A stretch of DNA of 64,000 nucleotides from Phyllobates terribilis (Eukaryota). The notes under the pieces were generated by a model. The model did not search any database. It was not told the DNA's origin and saw nothing but the letters and a program-made list of their open reading frames with translations. The translations under genes were made by a program, and so were the position numbers. The stretch spans positions 361,274,001 through 361,338,000 of the forward strand of contig NW_027362769.1 in the NCBI RefSeq assembly GCF_046119375.1, read 5' to 3'. This document shows, one piece after another, positions 13,459-26,522 of this stretch (the first letter of the stretch is position 1; each line of letters starts with the position of its first letter).

Positions 13459-16400
13459 TGTTAGGAGGGCGGTTGCAAACAACTTTAATATAATGGAACG
13501 CAACCGACCCCGGGGTCCGCGATGCAGCCTGGTGGACTGCTGCCGAACACTTTCCGAGTGGAAAGGAAAGCAACAAACTTAAATGTTAAACCCTTCCGTG
13601 TTTCTGCACACAGGAACGGGTATAGCGGTTCGCTCTATCTCTGTTAACAGCACGGGAGATGTGCGACTGTGAAACTATCTGTAGCCCTGTTACTGCACAG
13701 GGACTACACTGGCAGCGCTAGGATGCATGTGTGACTACGTCGACGGGTACACGTGCCTCCAGCCGGCGTGCTACCGGACTGAAGGGTACTACTCCACGTG
13801 GCAGACAGGCGATAGCCGTGAATAGGACGGCTGCAGGCTGCTCGGGGTGTTAGGCGACCCCTTTGGCAGAGCCAGACTGCTAGACGAAGCTACCTGCCTA
13901 CCTTCACTAGCCTGCCTACTTTCACTACGAGGAGCACAGTCGTCCACACACAGCAACACTTGCTCAATGATCAGAGCGCGCTGCCATGTTTGTGGGCGGG
14001 CCTTTTAAAGACTAAGCCCTGCCCACTGATGCGCCTTTGGTCACGCCACCCGTGGACCAATCAGGCGGTGCCAGGTCACCGGGTCAGGTGGGTGCCAAAC
14101 CACCAATCACGATCAGCCAGGTCACGGGCATGCTCAGTGCGGCAAATCCTGGACTTAGACTCCAAAAGCCCTGTCTCCCTCCGCAACCTATGCTTAATAT
14201 TGCTAGGCACAAATACCCAGGAGACAATCTGTACATCTAGTGGACCAGCTAGGTGTTGGGACTGATGTTGATGCTGAGCAGCATCATCCCTGGCTGGACC
14301 AAAATGGGAGACCACAGAAGGTTCTGAACCTATTTCAAATCCAGCAACAGACCGACACCTAACATTATTCCCCCTTCTAACATCCCCCTCTACTTGACGC
14401 TCATTTTCCTTCACGAGCAGGGTAGCATGAATGTGGTCCACTGGGTCACAGAGAGGATTAACTGAACCGTGACCCCTCCGCTGTACAGGGTACCCTTTTT
14501 TAAAGCGGGGAGCAAACTTAGCAGACTCCCCGCGTACTTTAGTATTGCGGGCCGTGAGCCACACTCTGTCGCCCGGATAGGATACAGGAGCAGGACGACG
14601 AGAAGTGACAACCGACTCTCTGTGTAGAGTCCGTCACGGGTAACAGATGGGGAAGACCAGCCTGACTTTGGCGGAAAGATTTATCTCTCGCACAGACGGG
14701 ACATGCGAGAACAAAGTCCTTGACGTCCTGGGGCCACCAATAGGACCGTTGAAGGGACTTAGTGGGCATGAGCCCAGGAGAGCACCATCTTCTGTAGATT
14801 AGGGGAAACAAACGTCCTCCCCGACGGAACCTGGTTAGAGGACACTGAAGCCACCCTCTCTACCTGAGAGTTCTTTTTGACATAGTCTGACAAGACCCGG
14901 GTCTTGGGGACAGACAAAGAATCTGTACTGGAAGCCACGACGGTAGAGGGATCAGAAACTACCCTACGGGTGAAAGTAACCATAAACTGAGACGCACAAT
15001 TCTCACTCCAGGAAGAAATTCTCCCCGTATTCCAGTCAATGTATGGAGTATGACAACGTAACCAGGGGAGACCCAATAACACGTCATCTAATCCACCGGG
15101 AGTAATAAGATAGGAGATGACCTCCCGGTGACCCTGAGGAAATGACATGGAGAGGGGAATCGACTGGTGGGTGATTTGCGTGTCCAGGAGTGAACCATTG
15201 ACTACTCTAAAATTCATGGGTCTTGGCAGTAACTCCATAGGGATGGCGTGCCTCTGGGCAAACGTAGATGACAAAAAATTGCCATCAGCACCAGAGTCCA
15301 CCCACGCCTTGGCAGTAACTGCTGATGTACCAAAGGATAATGTCACTTCATACGATAATCTGGAGGAAGAAGCCCCCGAATCTAACACACCTCCTCCAAC
15401 GGTGGTAAGACCTACTCGTTTTCCCGACTGCTTGGAACCCTTATTAACGGGGTACTCCAAGAGATGTGCAGGCCGGGAACGAGAGGGACGAGACTCCGTC
15501 CGGGATATATCCATAGCCTCAGGCTCCGGGTCAGGAGTCACGGGTTTGGAAACGGGTCTAGAGAAGGACGGTGCCAACCGACACTGGGGTCTGGGGACCT
15601 CCAGTTCTAATTTGTGTTCAGCATGACGCTAATCAATTTGGTTAGCAAGAGAGATTAACTCCTCCAGGGAGGTTGGAATCTCTCTGGTAGACAGAGCATT
15701 TTTAATATGCCCAGCCAGATCTTTCCAGAACACCGGGATAAGTGACCGCTCAGACCAGTCCAGTTCAGCCGCTAGGGTTCTAAACTGGATGGCATAGTGG
15801 CTGGCGGTGGCCGAACCCTGGATCAACGCAAGAAGCTTAAGGGCCGTATCATGCGTGACCTGAGGACCTAGGAATACACTTTTTAGGGTCTTAAGGAAAA
15901 GACCAGCGTTTGCTACAACCGGATCATTCCGCTCCCATAGAGGAGTAGCCTACTCCAGAGCCCCGTGGGAGAGTAATGAGATGACATAACCCACTTTGGC
16001 TCTTTCGGAGGGGAACCGTGCCTCCATCATCTCCAACTGAATGGAGCATAAATTAATAAAACCCCTGCAGGATTTACTGTCTCCAGAAAATTTTTCCGGG
16101 AGAGCAAAACGGGGTAATGGGGCAGTTGCAGCATTTATCGCAGCCAAGTTAACCAGATTGGCTGCTAGCGAAGCCGCCTGGGTAGATACTGCAGTGATAT
16201 CAGTGGCCGGAGCTTGTTCCAGAGACCTAAGTCTGGTCTCCAGTTGCTGTATGTAACGCTGCAGTTGCTGGTTGTCGGCCATGTTCGGCAAGACCCTGGC
16301 GCTCTGATACTGTTAGGAGGGCGGTTGCAAACAACTTTAATATAATGGAACGAAACCAACCCCGGGGTCCGCGATGCAGCCTGGTGGACTGCTGCCGAAC

Positions 16401-17169
16401 ACTTTCCGGGTGGAAAGGAAAGCAACAAACTTAAATGTTAAACCCTTCCGTGTTTCTGCACACAGGAACGGGTATAGCGGTTCGCTCTATCTCCGATAAC
16501 AGCACAGGAGATGTGCGACCGGGAAACTATCTGTAGCCCTGTTACTGCACAGGGACTACACTGGCAGCGCTCGGATGCGTGTGTGACTACGCCGGCGTGC
16601 TACCGGACTGAAGGGTACTACTCCACGTGGCAGACAGGCGATAGCCGTGAATAGGACGTCTGCAGGCTGCTCGGGGTGTTAGGCGACCCCTTTGGCAGAG
16701 CCACACTGCTAGACGAAGCTGCCTGCCTACTTTCACTACGTGGAGCACAGCCATCCACACACAGCAACACTTGCTCAATGATTAGAGCGCGCTGCCATGT
16801 TTGTGGGCGGGCCTTTTAAAGACAAAGCCCTGCCCACCGACGCGCCATTGGTGACGCCACCCGTGGACCAATCAGGCGGTGCCAGGTCACCGGGTCATGT
16901 GGGTGCCAAACCACCAATCACGATCAGCCAGGTCACGGGCATGCTCAGTGCGGCGAATACTGGACTTTGACTCCAAAAGCCCTGTCTCCCTCCGCAACCT
17001 ATGCTTAACATTGCTAGGCACAAATACCCAGGAGACAATCTGTACATCTAGTGGACCAGCTAGGTGTTGGGACTGATGCTGAGCAGCATCATCCCTGGCT
17101 GGACCAAAATGGGAGACCACAGAAGGTTCTGAACCTATTTCAAATCCAGCAACAGACTGACACCTAACA
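13459..17169 (-). mobile_element. Ty3/Gypsy (chromovirus-like) LTR retrotransposon, two LTRs, non-autonomous
   Basis: LTRs 13459-14364 (906 bp) and 16311-17169 (859 bp), TG...CA; 5-bp TSD CCAGT; PBS-like GTATCAGAGC next to the 5' LTR; purine tract next to the 3' LTR. Confidence 0.93.
14365..16282 (-). pseudogene. Gypsy gag-protease plus integrase fragments; RT, RNaseH and integrase core missing
   Basis: gag (LPEKFSG...RAKVGYVISLL, stops present); protease VDSGA...LLGLPWL; integrase Zn finger (WAH...YWWP...CPVC); GPY/F-like PGDRVWLTARN...FAPRF; chromodomain-like tail. Confidence 0.85.
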
Positions 17170-18501
17170 CCAGTATTCTGTATGGATCGTTATATGGGGA
17201 CCAGTATTCTGTATGGGGCCCATAATACTGTATGGAGGACTATACTGTCCAGTCTGCACTGTGTGTTGCATGGATTCACTGGTTTGAGTTATTATAGAAT
17301 TTACAATAGATAATGCTCATGTAATGTAAGAAGTGAAATCTTTGGGCTTGTACTACATATATATTTCCCTGTGGTATCTGTGCATCATGAACTGTGGTAT
17401 GTGTTAAAGTGGCCCACTGAGACGCTTTCACCCAGGGCCCACAAAAACCTGGAGCCGGTCCTGCCTTAGGCAGTGTTCACACGTAGCATTTTTGATGTGT
17501 TTTTGCACTTTTGCATTGCTGTCAACGGTGAAAAATATATTCACCAGTAAATGTAATTTTAACATTTTACTACCTTATCTGGCCATGTGGTGTGTGAGAC
17601 ATGATCAGAGACATCCATACAGTGCTGAAAAAACATGGGAATAGCATGGGGAAGACCCCTGTAAGCTTCTTTGACTCCCAGGTCACTGTCTAAAACCGTG
17701 CTCATTAGACGTGATCCTATATTACTGCGGTAATAATACAGACATTTTTGGCAACATGACATATTAACCCCTTAACGACCGCAATAACACATTTTCACGG
17801 CGGCAGTTAAGAGTAGTTATTCCTCAGTGCAGTGAAAATGCGTCACTGAGGAATAGGGCTGTAGCGCCCCCCGAGAGTCGGAAATTCTCCGTGGTCTCAG
17901 CTACCCCCGGTAGCTGAGACCTTGGAGAATATGATCAGGGCCATTTTTTCCAGTCCCCGATCATATGATCACCATTATTCAGTGAATTCAGTCACTGCAT
18001 AAGCAAGAACAGTATGGGAGACCTGCTCCTTTCTAATGGGAACATGTCGTTACTGTGGCCTAACTCTTTGTGTCTTTAAATTTTTATTGGGAATTTCCTA
18101 AATTTTGGCAGCCCTTGCAGTCACTGCATGGACATTACCACCATAGGAGACCCGCTCCTTTATAATGGGAACATTTTTTTTTTTGTCAGAGGTATTACGC
18201 CATTTTTACAGACTCACAATAAAACATACAAAAACGAAACAAAAATGGATTTTCCTGGAAAATTTGTTAAGGAACATCCTTTCCAAGGTAATGTCTTGTA
18301 TAAAAGGCAAACTAAATATACAAAAATGAAAATGCTCCTCCACATCTTGGGCTATGTTCACACGTAGTGTTTTTGATGTGTTTTTGCACTTTTGCATTGC
18401 TTTCAACCATAACAAATGCATTCACCAGGAAATGTCATTTTAACATTTTACAACCTTATCTGGCCATATGGTGTGTGACACCTCATCAGACACATCCTGT
18501 T

Positions 18502-21500
18502 TAGTGATGAGCGACCACTAAAATGCTCGGGTACTCGTTGCTCGAGTCGAGCAAATTGGAATACTCGGGTGCTCGGTCCGAGTAATGAGCCCAATGTAAG
18601 TCTATGGGAAACTCGAGCATTTTTCCGGCGGCTCCCCCCGGTGGTCTGCAGAGGGCCTAAAAATTGCCCAAATCGATGGGTACAGTGCTCAAATGACATG
18701 GGAACAGCATGGGGAAGACCCCTGGAAGCATTTCTGACTCCCAGGTCACTGCTGTCAACAACGTTGTCAGAGGTATTACTCCACTTTTACGGACTCACAA
18801 TAAAACAAAACCAAAATGGATTTTCCTGAGAAAAATGTTCAGGAACATACTTTCCAGGGTAATGACTTGTATATAAGGCAAAATAAATAACTAAAAACAA
18901 TAATGCTCCTCCACATCTTGGGCTATGTTCACACGTAGCGTTTTTGCACTTTTGCATTGCTTTCAACCAAGACAAATGCATTCACCGGGAAATGTCATTT
19001 TAACATTTTACAACCTTATCTGGCCATGTGGTGGTTTGTGACACATCATCAGACACATCCTGTTTCATTTATGATGGAGGGACTCTGAAAGTCACAAAGC
19101 CTATTTTTATAGGGCCATCAGGCGGCCCTTACTTTTCTTAAAGGGCCAGCAGTCGGCTATGCTTTATTCCCTTTATTAAAGAGTGGTCACCTGTACTGTT
19201 ATTTCGTATGCAGTGACTGAAACGGCTGTGAAAAATTTGGAGGAATTCCAATGTCCCTTGCAAGAGACGTAGATATGTTGATATGGTACATATGGTGGTG
19301 ATATGGTGGTAGAGGATGAGTATGCGGAGAAGGAGGAGGACAAGAGCAAATAGACAAAATCAGGAAGCGTATACCCATGTCTGGGTGTTAAGACAGAGGT
19401 GCATGAGAATAGTTAGACCTCCCATATAAAAGACACTGTATTTGAGGTTATGTTACTCTGCTATCATTCGGTGGTGTTGAGAAGTCTGGCCCAATTCAGC
19501 CCAAGTTCATTTTTATAAGAGTCAGCCTGTCAGCATTTTCAGATGACAGGTGGATGCGCCTATCGGTTATAATTCCACCGGTGGCACTGAAAACCCGCTT
19601 TGACAAAACGCTAGCGGAAGGGCAGGCCATGACCTCCAAGTCATAGAGAGCCAGTTCATGACACGGGTCCAGCTTGGATACCCAATAATTATAAGGCACA
19701 GAGGAATCGCGGAGGACGTTGGTACAAAGTACTCCCTCAGCATCTTCCGCAACTTTTCCCTCCTTGAGAGAGTACCCCTCGCCTCAGGGCTTGCGCGATG
19801 GGAGGGGCTGAGAAAACTGTCCCAGAACTTTGACAGTGTTCCCCTGCCTCTGCTCGTTTGCATTTGTGTCACTCTCGCCTGTACTTATTGGTTGTCCAAC
19901 GAACTGTGGCCTCTGCCACCAGCGTTTTCAGTTAGGAATTTTTTTAATAATTCCTCAACAATGGTCTTCTGGTTTTGCACCATTTTATTAGACCCTTGTG
20001 CCACGGGAAGAAGAGATACAAAGTTCTCCTTGTTGCATGGGACTAGAAGTTTGACAAACCAGTAATTACTGTTGGCCAAAATGTGTACAACGCGAGGGTC
20101 ATGGGGAAAGGCAGCGGAACATAAACTCAGTCATGTGTGCCAGACTTCCAACAGCCAAGACTTCCCTGTCTTGACCAAGAGGATGACTGTCCATGCTCTC
20201 CTCTTCCTCATCCTGGTACTCCTCATTCTCCCTCTCCTCAGGCCATCCACGCTGAACGGTATGACTGTTGTGTGGGTAGTATCGTCTGTAGCGCAGGAAA
20301 ACTGCTCCTGTTCCTCCTTCTCCTTATCATCCAATCTGCATTAAGATGAGATGAGGCTGGGCTGTGTGGCATCACCTTTCATAGTTCCTGATCCATCTCA
20401 TCGATCTCTGGCTGCATTGCCTCCTCTTCAATTGTGAGCAGCGAGCATTTCAGCAGACAGAGAAGCAGGATGGTGATACTAATTATGGTGTCACCGCAGC
20501 TCACCATCTTGGTGGAGTCCTCAAAGTTTTGTAGGGCGGCACAGATGTCCAACATCCATGTCAACTCATCAGCTCTTATGTGCGGAGGCTGACCTGAATG
20601 CCGATAGGCGTGTTGAAGCTGGTACTCAACAACTGCCCTGTGCTGCTATCAAATCATTCCCAACATATGCAAGGTTGAGTTCCAACGTGTGCTGACATCG
20701 CACACCAGTGGGTGAGCTGGAAGCTGCAAATGTTGCTGAAGCACAGGAAGGGCGGCGGTAGCTGTAGCTGACTTTCTGAAATGGGCAGACACATGACGTA
20801 CATTGACAAGCAGCTCAGGCAGATCCGGGTAGGTTTTGAGAAACCACTGAACCACTAGGTTGAGCACATGAGCCAGGCATCGTACGTGTGCAAGCTTGCC
20901 TAGCTTCAGAGCCGCCACCAAGTTTTCGGCCACTGTCACACACGATTGTGTCGGGCTGTAGGTTCAGCGGTGGCAGCCACAGATCAGCCAGCTCTGTTAC
21001 AGCTGTCAACAACTCTGCAGCAGTGTGAGGTTTGCCCCCAAGCATATTAGCTTCAGAACAGCCTATTGCCGCTTGGCCGAGGCAGTGCTGCAGTGTTCTC
21101 AGCTTCCGACTGATGTGGCTATTTCGGAGATGGAGGCTGAAGAGGAGGAGCAGGTGCTAGAGCTATAGAATGTGGGGGGCGAACCTGATTGACCCAGGGC
21201 CCGCAATCCTCAGCGTCGGGAGGACGTGTTCCGTCCCAGGGTCCGACTGGGTCCAGGCTTCCAGTATATTAACCCAGTGTGCCATCAGCGAGACGTATAG
21301 TCTCTGGCCCAAGCACTTGTCCATGTGTCCTTGGCTAGGTGGACCTTCCCAGTAACTGCGTTGTTGAGGGCACGGGTAACGTTCTGGGACACGTGCTTGT
21401 GTAAAGCAGGGACAGCACACCGGGAGACATAGTGGCGGTTGAGCACCAAGTTCTAAGGTACGGCCGCCGCCATGAGGTTGCGGAAATATTCCGTCTCTAC

Positions 21501-21870
21501 GAGTTCTGTGCCCTGTGGGTGGTTGGCTGCATATTTGCGCTTGCATTCAAAGGACTGGGTTAGGGACAACTGAACATTGCACTGGGACAAGGACGAGGTT
21601 GCTGATGGTGGTGACTGCGAGTGTGCAAACGACAGGTGCAGGGCAGGTGTCATCTTTGCCTGCGCCATGGGCAGGGGATTGGCATGCGCGCACAACAGCG
21701 GTACAGGCAGTGGTGTCACCCGCAGACACTGTTTCTGGACCCTGGCGCTCGGCCCTACTAGTCAGGTGCTTTGCTGTCATGTGCCTGAGCATGCTGGTGG
21801 TGGTAAGGATGCTAGTTTTGCTACGCCTTTCTCTCCTTGGCTGCAAACAGAGGCACCTTTACTTCTGCAG
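18502..21870 (-). mobile_element. hAT DNA transposon with disrupted transposase, one terminus present
   Basis: Dimerization domain (CPSASVLSKRVFS...LTLIKMN, 19496-19699); catalytic region RCLAHVLNL...STRWNST (20649-20939); BED-finger tail SMLRHMTAKH at about 21790; TIR-like start at 18502; several stops and frameshifts. Confidence 0.88.
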
Positions 21871-22510
21871 CATCAGAGAGATGAAGAAGAAGTGAGGCTG
21901 AATGGACCCAGTCAACTAAAGGTCAGTTTATAAAGCAAAGAGCCAATTTGCACCATGCGCTCCGGCCATGCTGGAACTGTAGCTGTAGCCAGAAACCCAG
22001 GCAATTATTTTTACGCTATAAATATAAAAATCCCTGCGATCTTGAGAATGGAGAGGATATTTAATAATAAGTAAATTGTAAAGTTGATTGTTTTTACAAG
22101 CAATTTGACCCATTTATGAACTTGAGACAACGCACTGAAAATCAAAGCATGAATTGGAAATAAGTTTCCGTAAATTCTCAAACAAGGCATCTGAGAATCA
22201 TAACATAAATGGAGTTTATTAGAGCTCAGTAAATATGACTGATCCTCAGCATCAACCCCTGGATAACCAGTTAGTGCCTGGTGCCACTTATGAAGAATAG
22301 AACTCATGTAGCTCCAACTAGTACACATCCAGTTATACAAGGTAATAGGTACAAAGCACCCTACGCACGCACAAGACTTTATAGATCACAGTCTATGAAT
22401 TTCTACATATGATCCAGACATATGATGCCAGACCTGAGGCTCGACGCTATACCATTGGCACCATGAGTGTTCATTATATGGGCCGGGAAATGAAGACGAC
22501 CAAGTCATTA

Positions 22511-22797
22511 TCACACCGGTGTCCCCATTCTGGCCTTTCTTTCTTCTTCAAACTTCTCTCTAGAGAAGATGCGTTTCCTCTGCAGGTCCAGGAGAGGTTC
22601 AGTTATTGGTTTTCCTTCCTTCTGCATTTGGGCCAAGATTATGGCTCTCAAGAGAGGCGGGTACAGCACATGGGGCAAGGCCTCCGGCTCGGGCACGGGG
22701 GTATACTTTTTAAAGTCGTCCTCTTCATGCCGAGGTACAACACGCCAGTCGTGGTACATGACTTTGCTTATCTCGGTCTCCTCCGACTCTTGTTTAC
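22511..22797 (-). CDS. MRPS34: Mitochondrial ribosomal protein S34, coding exon 4 (last)
   Basis: VMYHDWRVVPRHEE...YPPLLRA...GTPV*; CAG acceptor. Model join(27656-27543,26522-26319,23031-22989,22797-22511) = 648 nt, 215 aa. AATAAA candidate at 22215-22220. Confidence 0.95.
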
Positions 22798-22988
22798 CTG
22801 TTTAGAAGGCAGAACAGTGAAGTCAATGTCAGGGATAATAAGATCAAAACTGACACACAGCCATGCTTCTACCCAATGATCAAATAAGCTTTTCTACTCT
22901 AGATATGTTTTTGGGTATTAGCCGAATTCAGAAAAGGTTTATTGTAAATCACTACTGGAATGGAGAGATGTATTATATGCACACTTAC

Positions 22989-23031
22989 CTCTAAATGTCA
23001 AGTAACCCCAAGCCTGACCAAAGTCCATATT
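22989..23031 (-). CDS. MRPS34: MRPS34 coding exon 3 (43 nt)
   Basis: NMDFGQAWGYLTFRG, matching human NLDHGKAWGILTFKG as recalled; TAG acceptor, GTAAGT donor. Confidence 0.92.
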
Positions 23032-23540
23032 CTATAAAAGAGAAGAAAATGAGATTTACATGCACCTAATTATAAAGTCACCTTAACATCTCTGTCTTAA
23101 TAAGGTTAATTTCGGCACAGTAAAGTATAACTAAACTTTTATACGTTTTTTGATAGTTTAGAATTTCTCAGTACTCTGTAGTTTGGTGGGGGTGAAGATC
23201 TTGTAATGCCCCCCAATTGCTAAAAATCGACGGTCAGAAGTGCTTAGTTGTATATGGTCACAACAGAAAATCTATGAGTCCAAACACTGCTGAGTGCGCG
23301 ATTACGCAGGAGCTGACCACTGTCTGGTGTGCCGAATAATTTTGCACAGTGGTCTCAGGGATTAACCAGTTTCAAGGGGCGCTGTGTTAGGAAGCAATCA
23401 TGTGTTTATAATCCTGGACAATCCTTTTAGATGCACCTGTGGTGTGGCCAAGCTCTTGGTGCAAAGTTCCATGCCTGTTCGTGTCAGCGGCTGTGTGCAC
23501 AGCCAAGTTTCAAGTGCAGGCAGCGGTCACTCTGGTCAAG

Positions 23541-23812
23541 TAATAATAATAATCTTTATTTTTATATAGCGCTAACATATTCCGCAGCACTTTACATACA
23601 TTATCGTCGCTGTCCCCATCGGGGCTCACAATCTAGATTCCCTATCAGTATGTCTTTGGAGTGTGGGAGGAAACCGGAGAACCCGGAGGAAACCCACGCA
23701 AACACGGGGAGAACATACAAACTCCTTGCAGATGTTGTCCTTGGTGGGATTTGAACCCAGGACCCCAGCGCTGCAAGGCTGCAGTGCTAACCACTGAGCC
23801 ACCATGCTGCCC
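23541..23812 (-). mobile_element. tRNA-derived SINE (V-SINE/HE1-like) with L2-type tail
   Basis: A box TGGCTCAGTGG, B box GGGTTCAAATCCC, V-domain-like GTTCTCCCCGTGTTTGCGTGGGTTTCCTCCGGG, AATAAA and (ATT)n tail. Confidence 0.85.
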
Positions 23813-26318
23813 AGTAAGCACTGCCAATCAACAAAGAGGGAGGGTGGAATGGTGCACTGAAAATTTGGCCATACCAAGGGCGCACTGAGCACCCTGAGTT
23901 GCTTAATAGTAGATACTTTTCTGGAAAATAATAGGTGTAAGCTAAACAACAGATATGATTTTTATATGGGCTTGGATCCCTATCAGACTTATTTAAACTG
24001 AGTTTGGGGATGACAGGCCTGTATAAATCCATAAACATTTAGCTCCCTTAGTGGCTTCAGCAGGGAGACAGATTTTCATTATGTGAGGGCATACAAAAAA
24101 TAATAAACTTACATGTCTAATCACCCTCAGCTTCCAAGTCAATGCTTCAATGAAAGTACATATAGATGTCTTATGCTGCCAATTACTAGCTGCAGCGGTC
24201 TTGTGCAATACATGCAATCATTACAAGCATCCCTGCGGGGGCTAGTGATTAGCTACAGCGGTTACAAGGATTTACAAGACAAGTTGGGAACACAGTTGCA
24301 TATAATGATCTGTTAATCTGTTCTTCTGGAAACGTCAACCTAAAGAACAATTCCAGAACAATTGTTATCTGATTAGGACCAAAAATATTTTTTTAAGGAG
24401 TAAGAGCTGCAATTTTTTTTTTGTTGCAGATTTACAAATTCCCTTCTTCCTTTTCCACAACCGCAGAGGTTCAAGGAGTTTTTAAGGATTCTTAAACATT
24501 GAGCTAAAAGCAAAAAATATAATATATATAATATAATATAATAATTATATTATAATTCCAGCACTGGGTCACTAACTGACTGAGTGTTTTGTGGCAGTTA
24601 TCATAAAAACTCACATTATCAGCCACGGCAGAAGCTGAGCGCTGAGTCCCCATACTCATGAGCTGTGGCTGATTGACAGCTTAATCTATACTGTAAATAG
24701 GAGGACAATTGCTAATCAGGGTGGCGGGCGCTGGCAGCTCATGGATATTAATAATTCAGGAGTATGCTCACAAAACGGAGAGCACTATAGTGTCTTATGT
24801 GCAGATGCAGGCTCTGGTCTAAATAATTAATACAATCCTGTAGAAGATGATCAACCACTTCTCCAGGTCTGCACATAATGTCCTTACTTCATGAATAAGT
24901 TATGCCAGCCCTTCTGTGAAGTTTCTGCAGAAGGAGAACGCCGTGAGGCTGGCACAGAAGTTCACCCCACTGGCTGGTATGTCAACTCTGCCTTATTTAT
25001 TAAAGCATCGCTCCAGTGTTTTTTTTTTTTATTTTACCTCTGGAGTGGTTTCACAAATCTAAATTCCCTGCTCCTATTATTATACTTACCAGCCGCTGTC
25101 TTCATCTGTTCCTGGCGCCTCTCCGCTTGTCTTCTGCAGGCTGTGACCTGCAGGATCACTTCAGTGTTTGCTGGGCATTTCTGAAGTCACTACTCATTGT
25201 AAGTCTATTAGAGCCAGTATGAGGATCTCATAGACTTGCATTGAGAGCATGTGACCATTACCTCTGACATCCGGTCAGTCAGAATTTAAGGTTACGAACT
25301 GGTGGAACTGGACTGGAGCAGCAACGGGAAGAGTTGAAGACAGCGTGTGGTAACTATAATGCTAGAGGCAGGGAACTTAGATTAACTCCTGTGCTGAAAT
25401 AAAAAAAAAAAGGAAGGAGTGGTGCTTTAATACGGGCCGAGATGCAATACCCGACACTGCTCATGGACTAAAGAGAAGTGGTTTCTAGTGGTGAATACTA
25501 AAACTATTTTCCTGCTCTGTTTCTTTATACAAACAGCAATCAAAATTACTTCAGGACGAAAACAACCTCACAGTCGAAGTATTCAACTCACTAGGTTATA
25601 CACTGCTTAGCATTCAGAGCTCTGCTGGATCGTGATCAGAGAAAACTGTGATTCTATCACAACTACAGCACCCAGTAAAGTTTGTGACACATCGCTGAAA
25701 TCAATGTCTTTGCCCCTACATCATGCTGCTGTCATATTATATAGTACAAACCTGCTGACAGATTCCCTTTAAAGGGGTATTTTTACATGATAGGAGATAA
25801 TTCCTAGATCGGTTAGGTTCTTACTGCTGGGACTTCCTCTGGAACAGGGCACTTTTATCCCAGTTACAAACACAATGGAGCGGAGCTGCGCATGTTCGAC
25901 CGCTGCACTGTTCATTCCCTATAGGACTTCTAGAGAAAGCCAATTACAGGGCTTTAGCAGTCCCAGAAACAATGAATGGAGTGGGGGTAGGGGGAGTCAG
26001 AGCCCAATAATCTAGATGTTATCACCTATCCCGTGGAAAAGTAATTACTACTTCCTGCTGGAATACCTCTTTAAAAATACTTGAGCCTTAAATATTGAAA
26101 TGCCAGGTGCCTAAATGATCACTACGAGATACACCAAAGGAGAGGGATCAGTCTTACCGGCATCTGCAAAATATAGCTTTCTGGAAAACAAGAGTCTAGC
26201 AGTCAGGGGGCTCCGGTGTTCTGTCTCCTGCACATCTAACCTTTAACATCAATCCCATTGAAAGAAAATAAATAAATATTAGCACTTGAAATACCCCGAT
26301 AAATCCCATCATCCTCAC

Positions 26319-26522
26319 CTCAGCTGTGTAATCCACTTTGACCTTAGTTATAGTCCAGTAACAAGGCTCATTATATTCCTCCAGCCACGATTTCCTAGTC
26401 ACCATTCGTCCCACTCCAAACGCCCGTATCCCCGAGAGCAGAGTGAAAAGTCTCTTCTCATTCTTTACATCTTCCCATGCGAGAACAGGCAGACGTTTTC
26501 CAGTGAAGGGTCGGGTCATGGT
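26319..26522 (-). CDS. MRPS34: MRPS34 coding exon 2
   Basis: TMTRPFTGKRLPVLAW...VTRKSWL...PCYW...DYTAE; CAG / GTGAGG. Confidence 0.95.

Larger units (their letters stand above)
12812..17463. mobile_element. Non-autonomous hAT-like element hosting the Gypsy insertion
   Basis: TIRs CAGGCCCGGC / GCCGGTCCTG; 8-bp TSD CCTTGGGC / CCTTAGGC; internal minisatellite (13220-13458, resuming at 17170). Confidence 0.7.
11193..17760. mobile_element. hAT-family terminal segment interrupted by nested insertions
   Basis: TIR-like TAGTGATGAGCGAGCACTAAAATG at 11193 matches 18502; segments 12490-12811 and 17464-17760 are homologous to 18560-19065. Confidence 0.65.

Noticed and set aside
11200-22400. NME3 expected beside MRPS34 from human synteny
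   Set aside because: No NDP-kinase exon recognised; this interval is almost entirely TE sequence.
23740-23812. tRNA gene
   Set aside because: The A/B boxes are the head of a SINE that continues into a V-domain and L2-like tail; no full cloverleaf.
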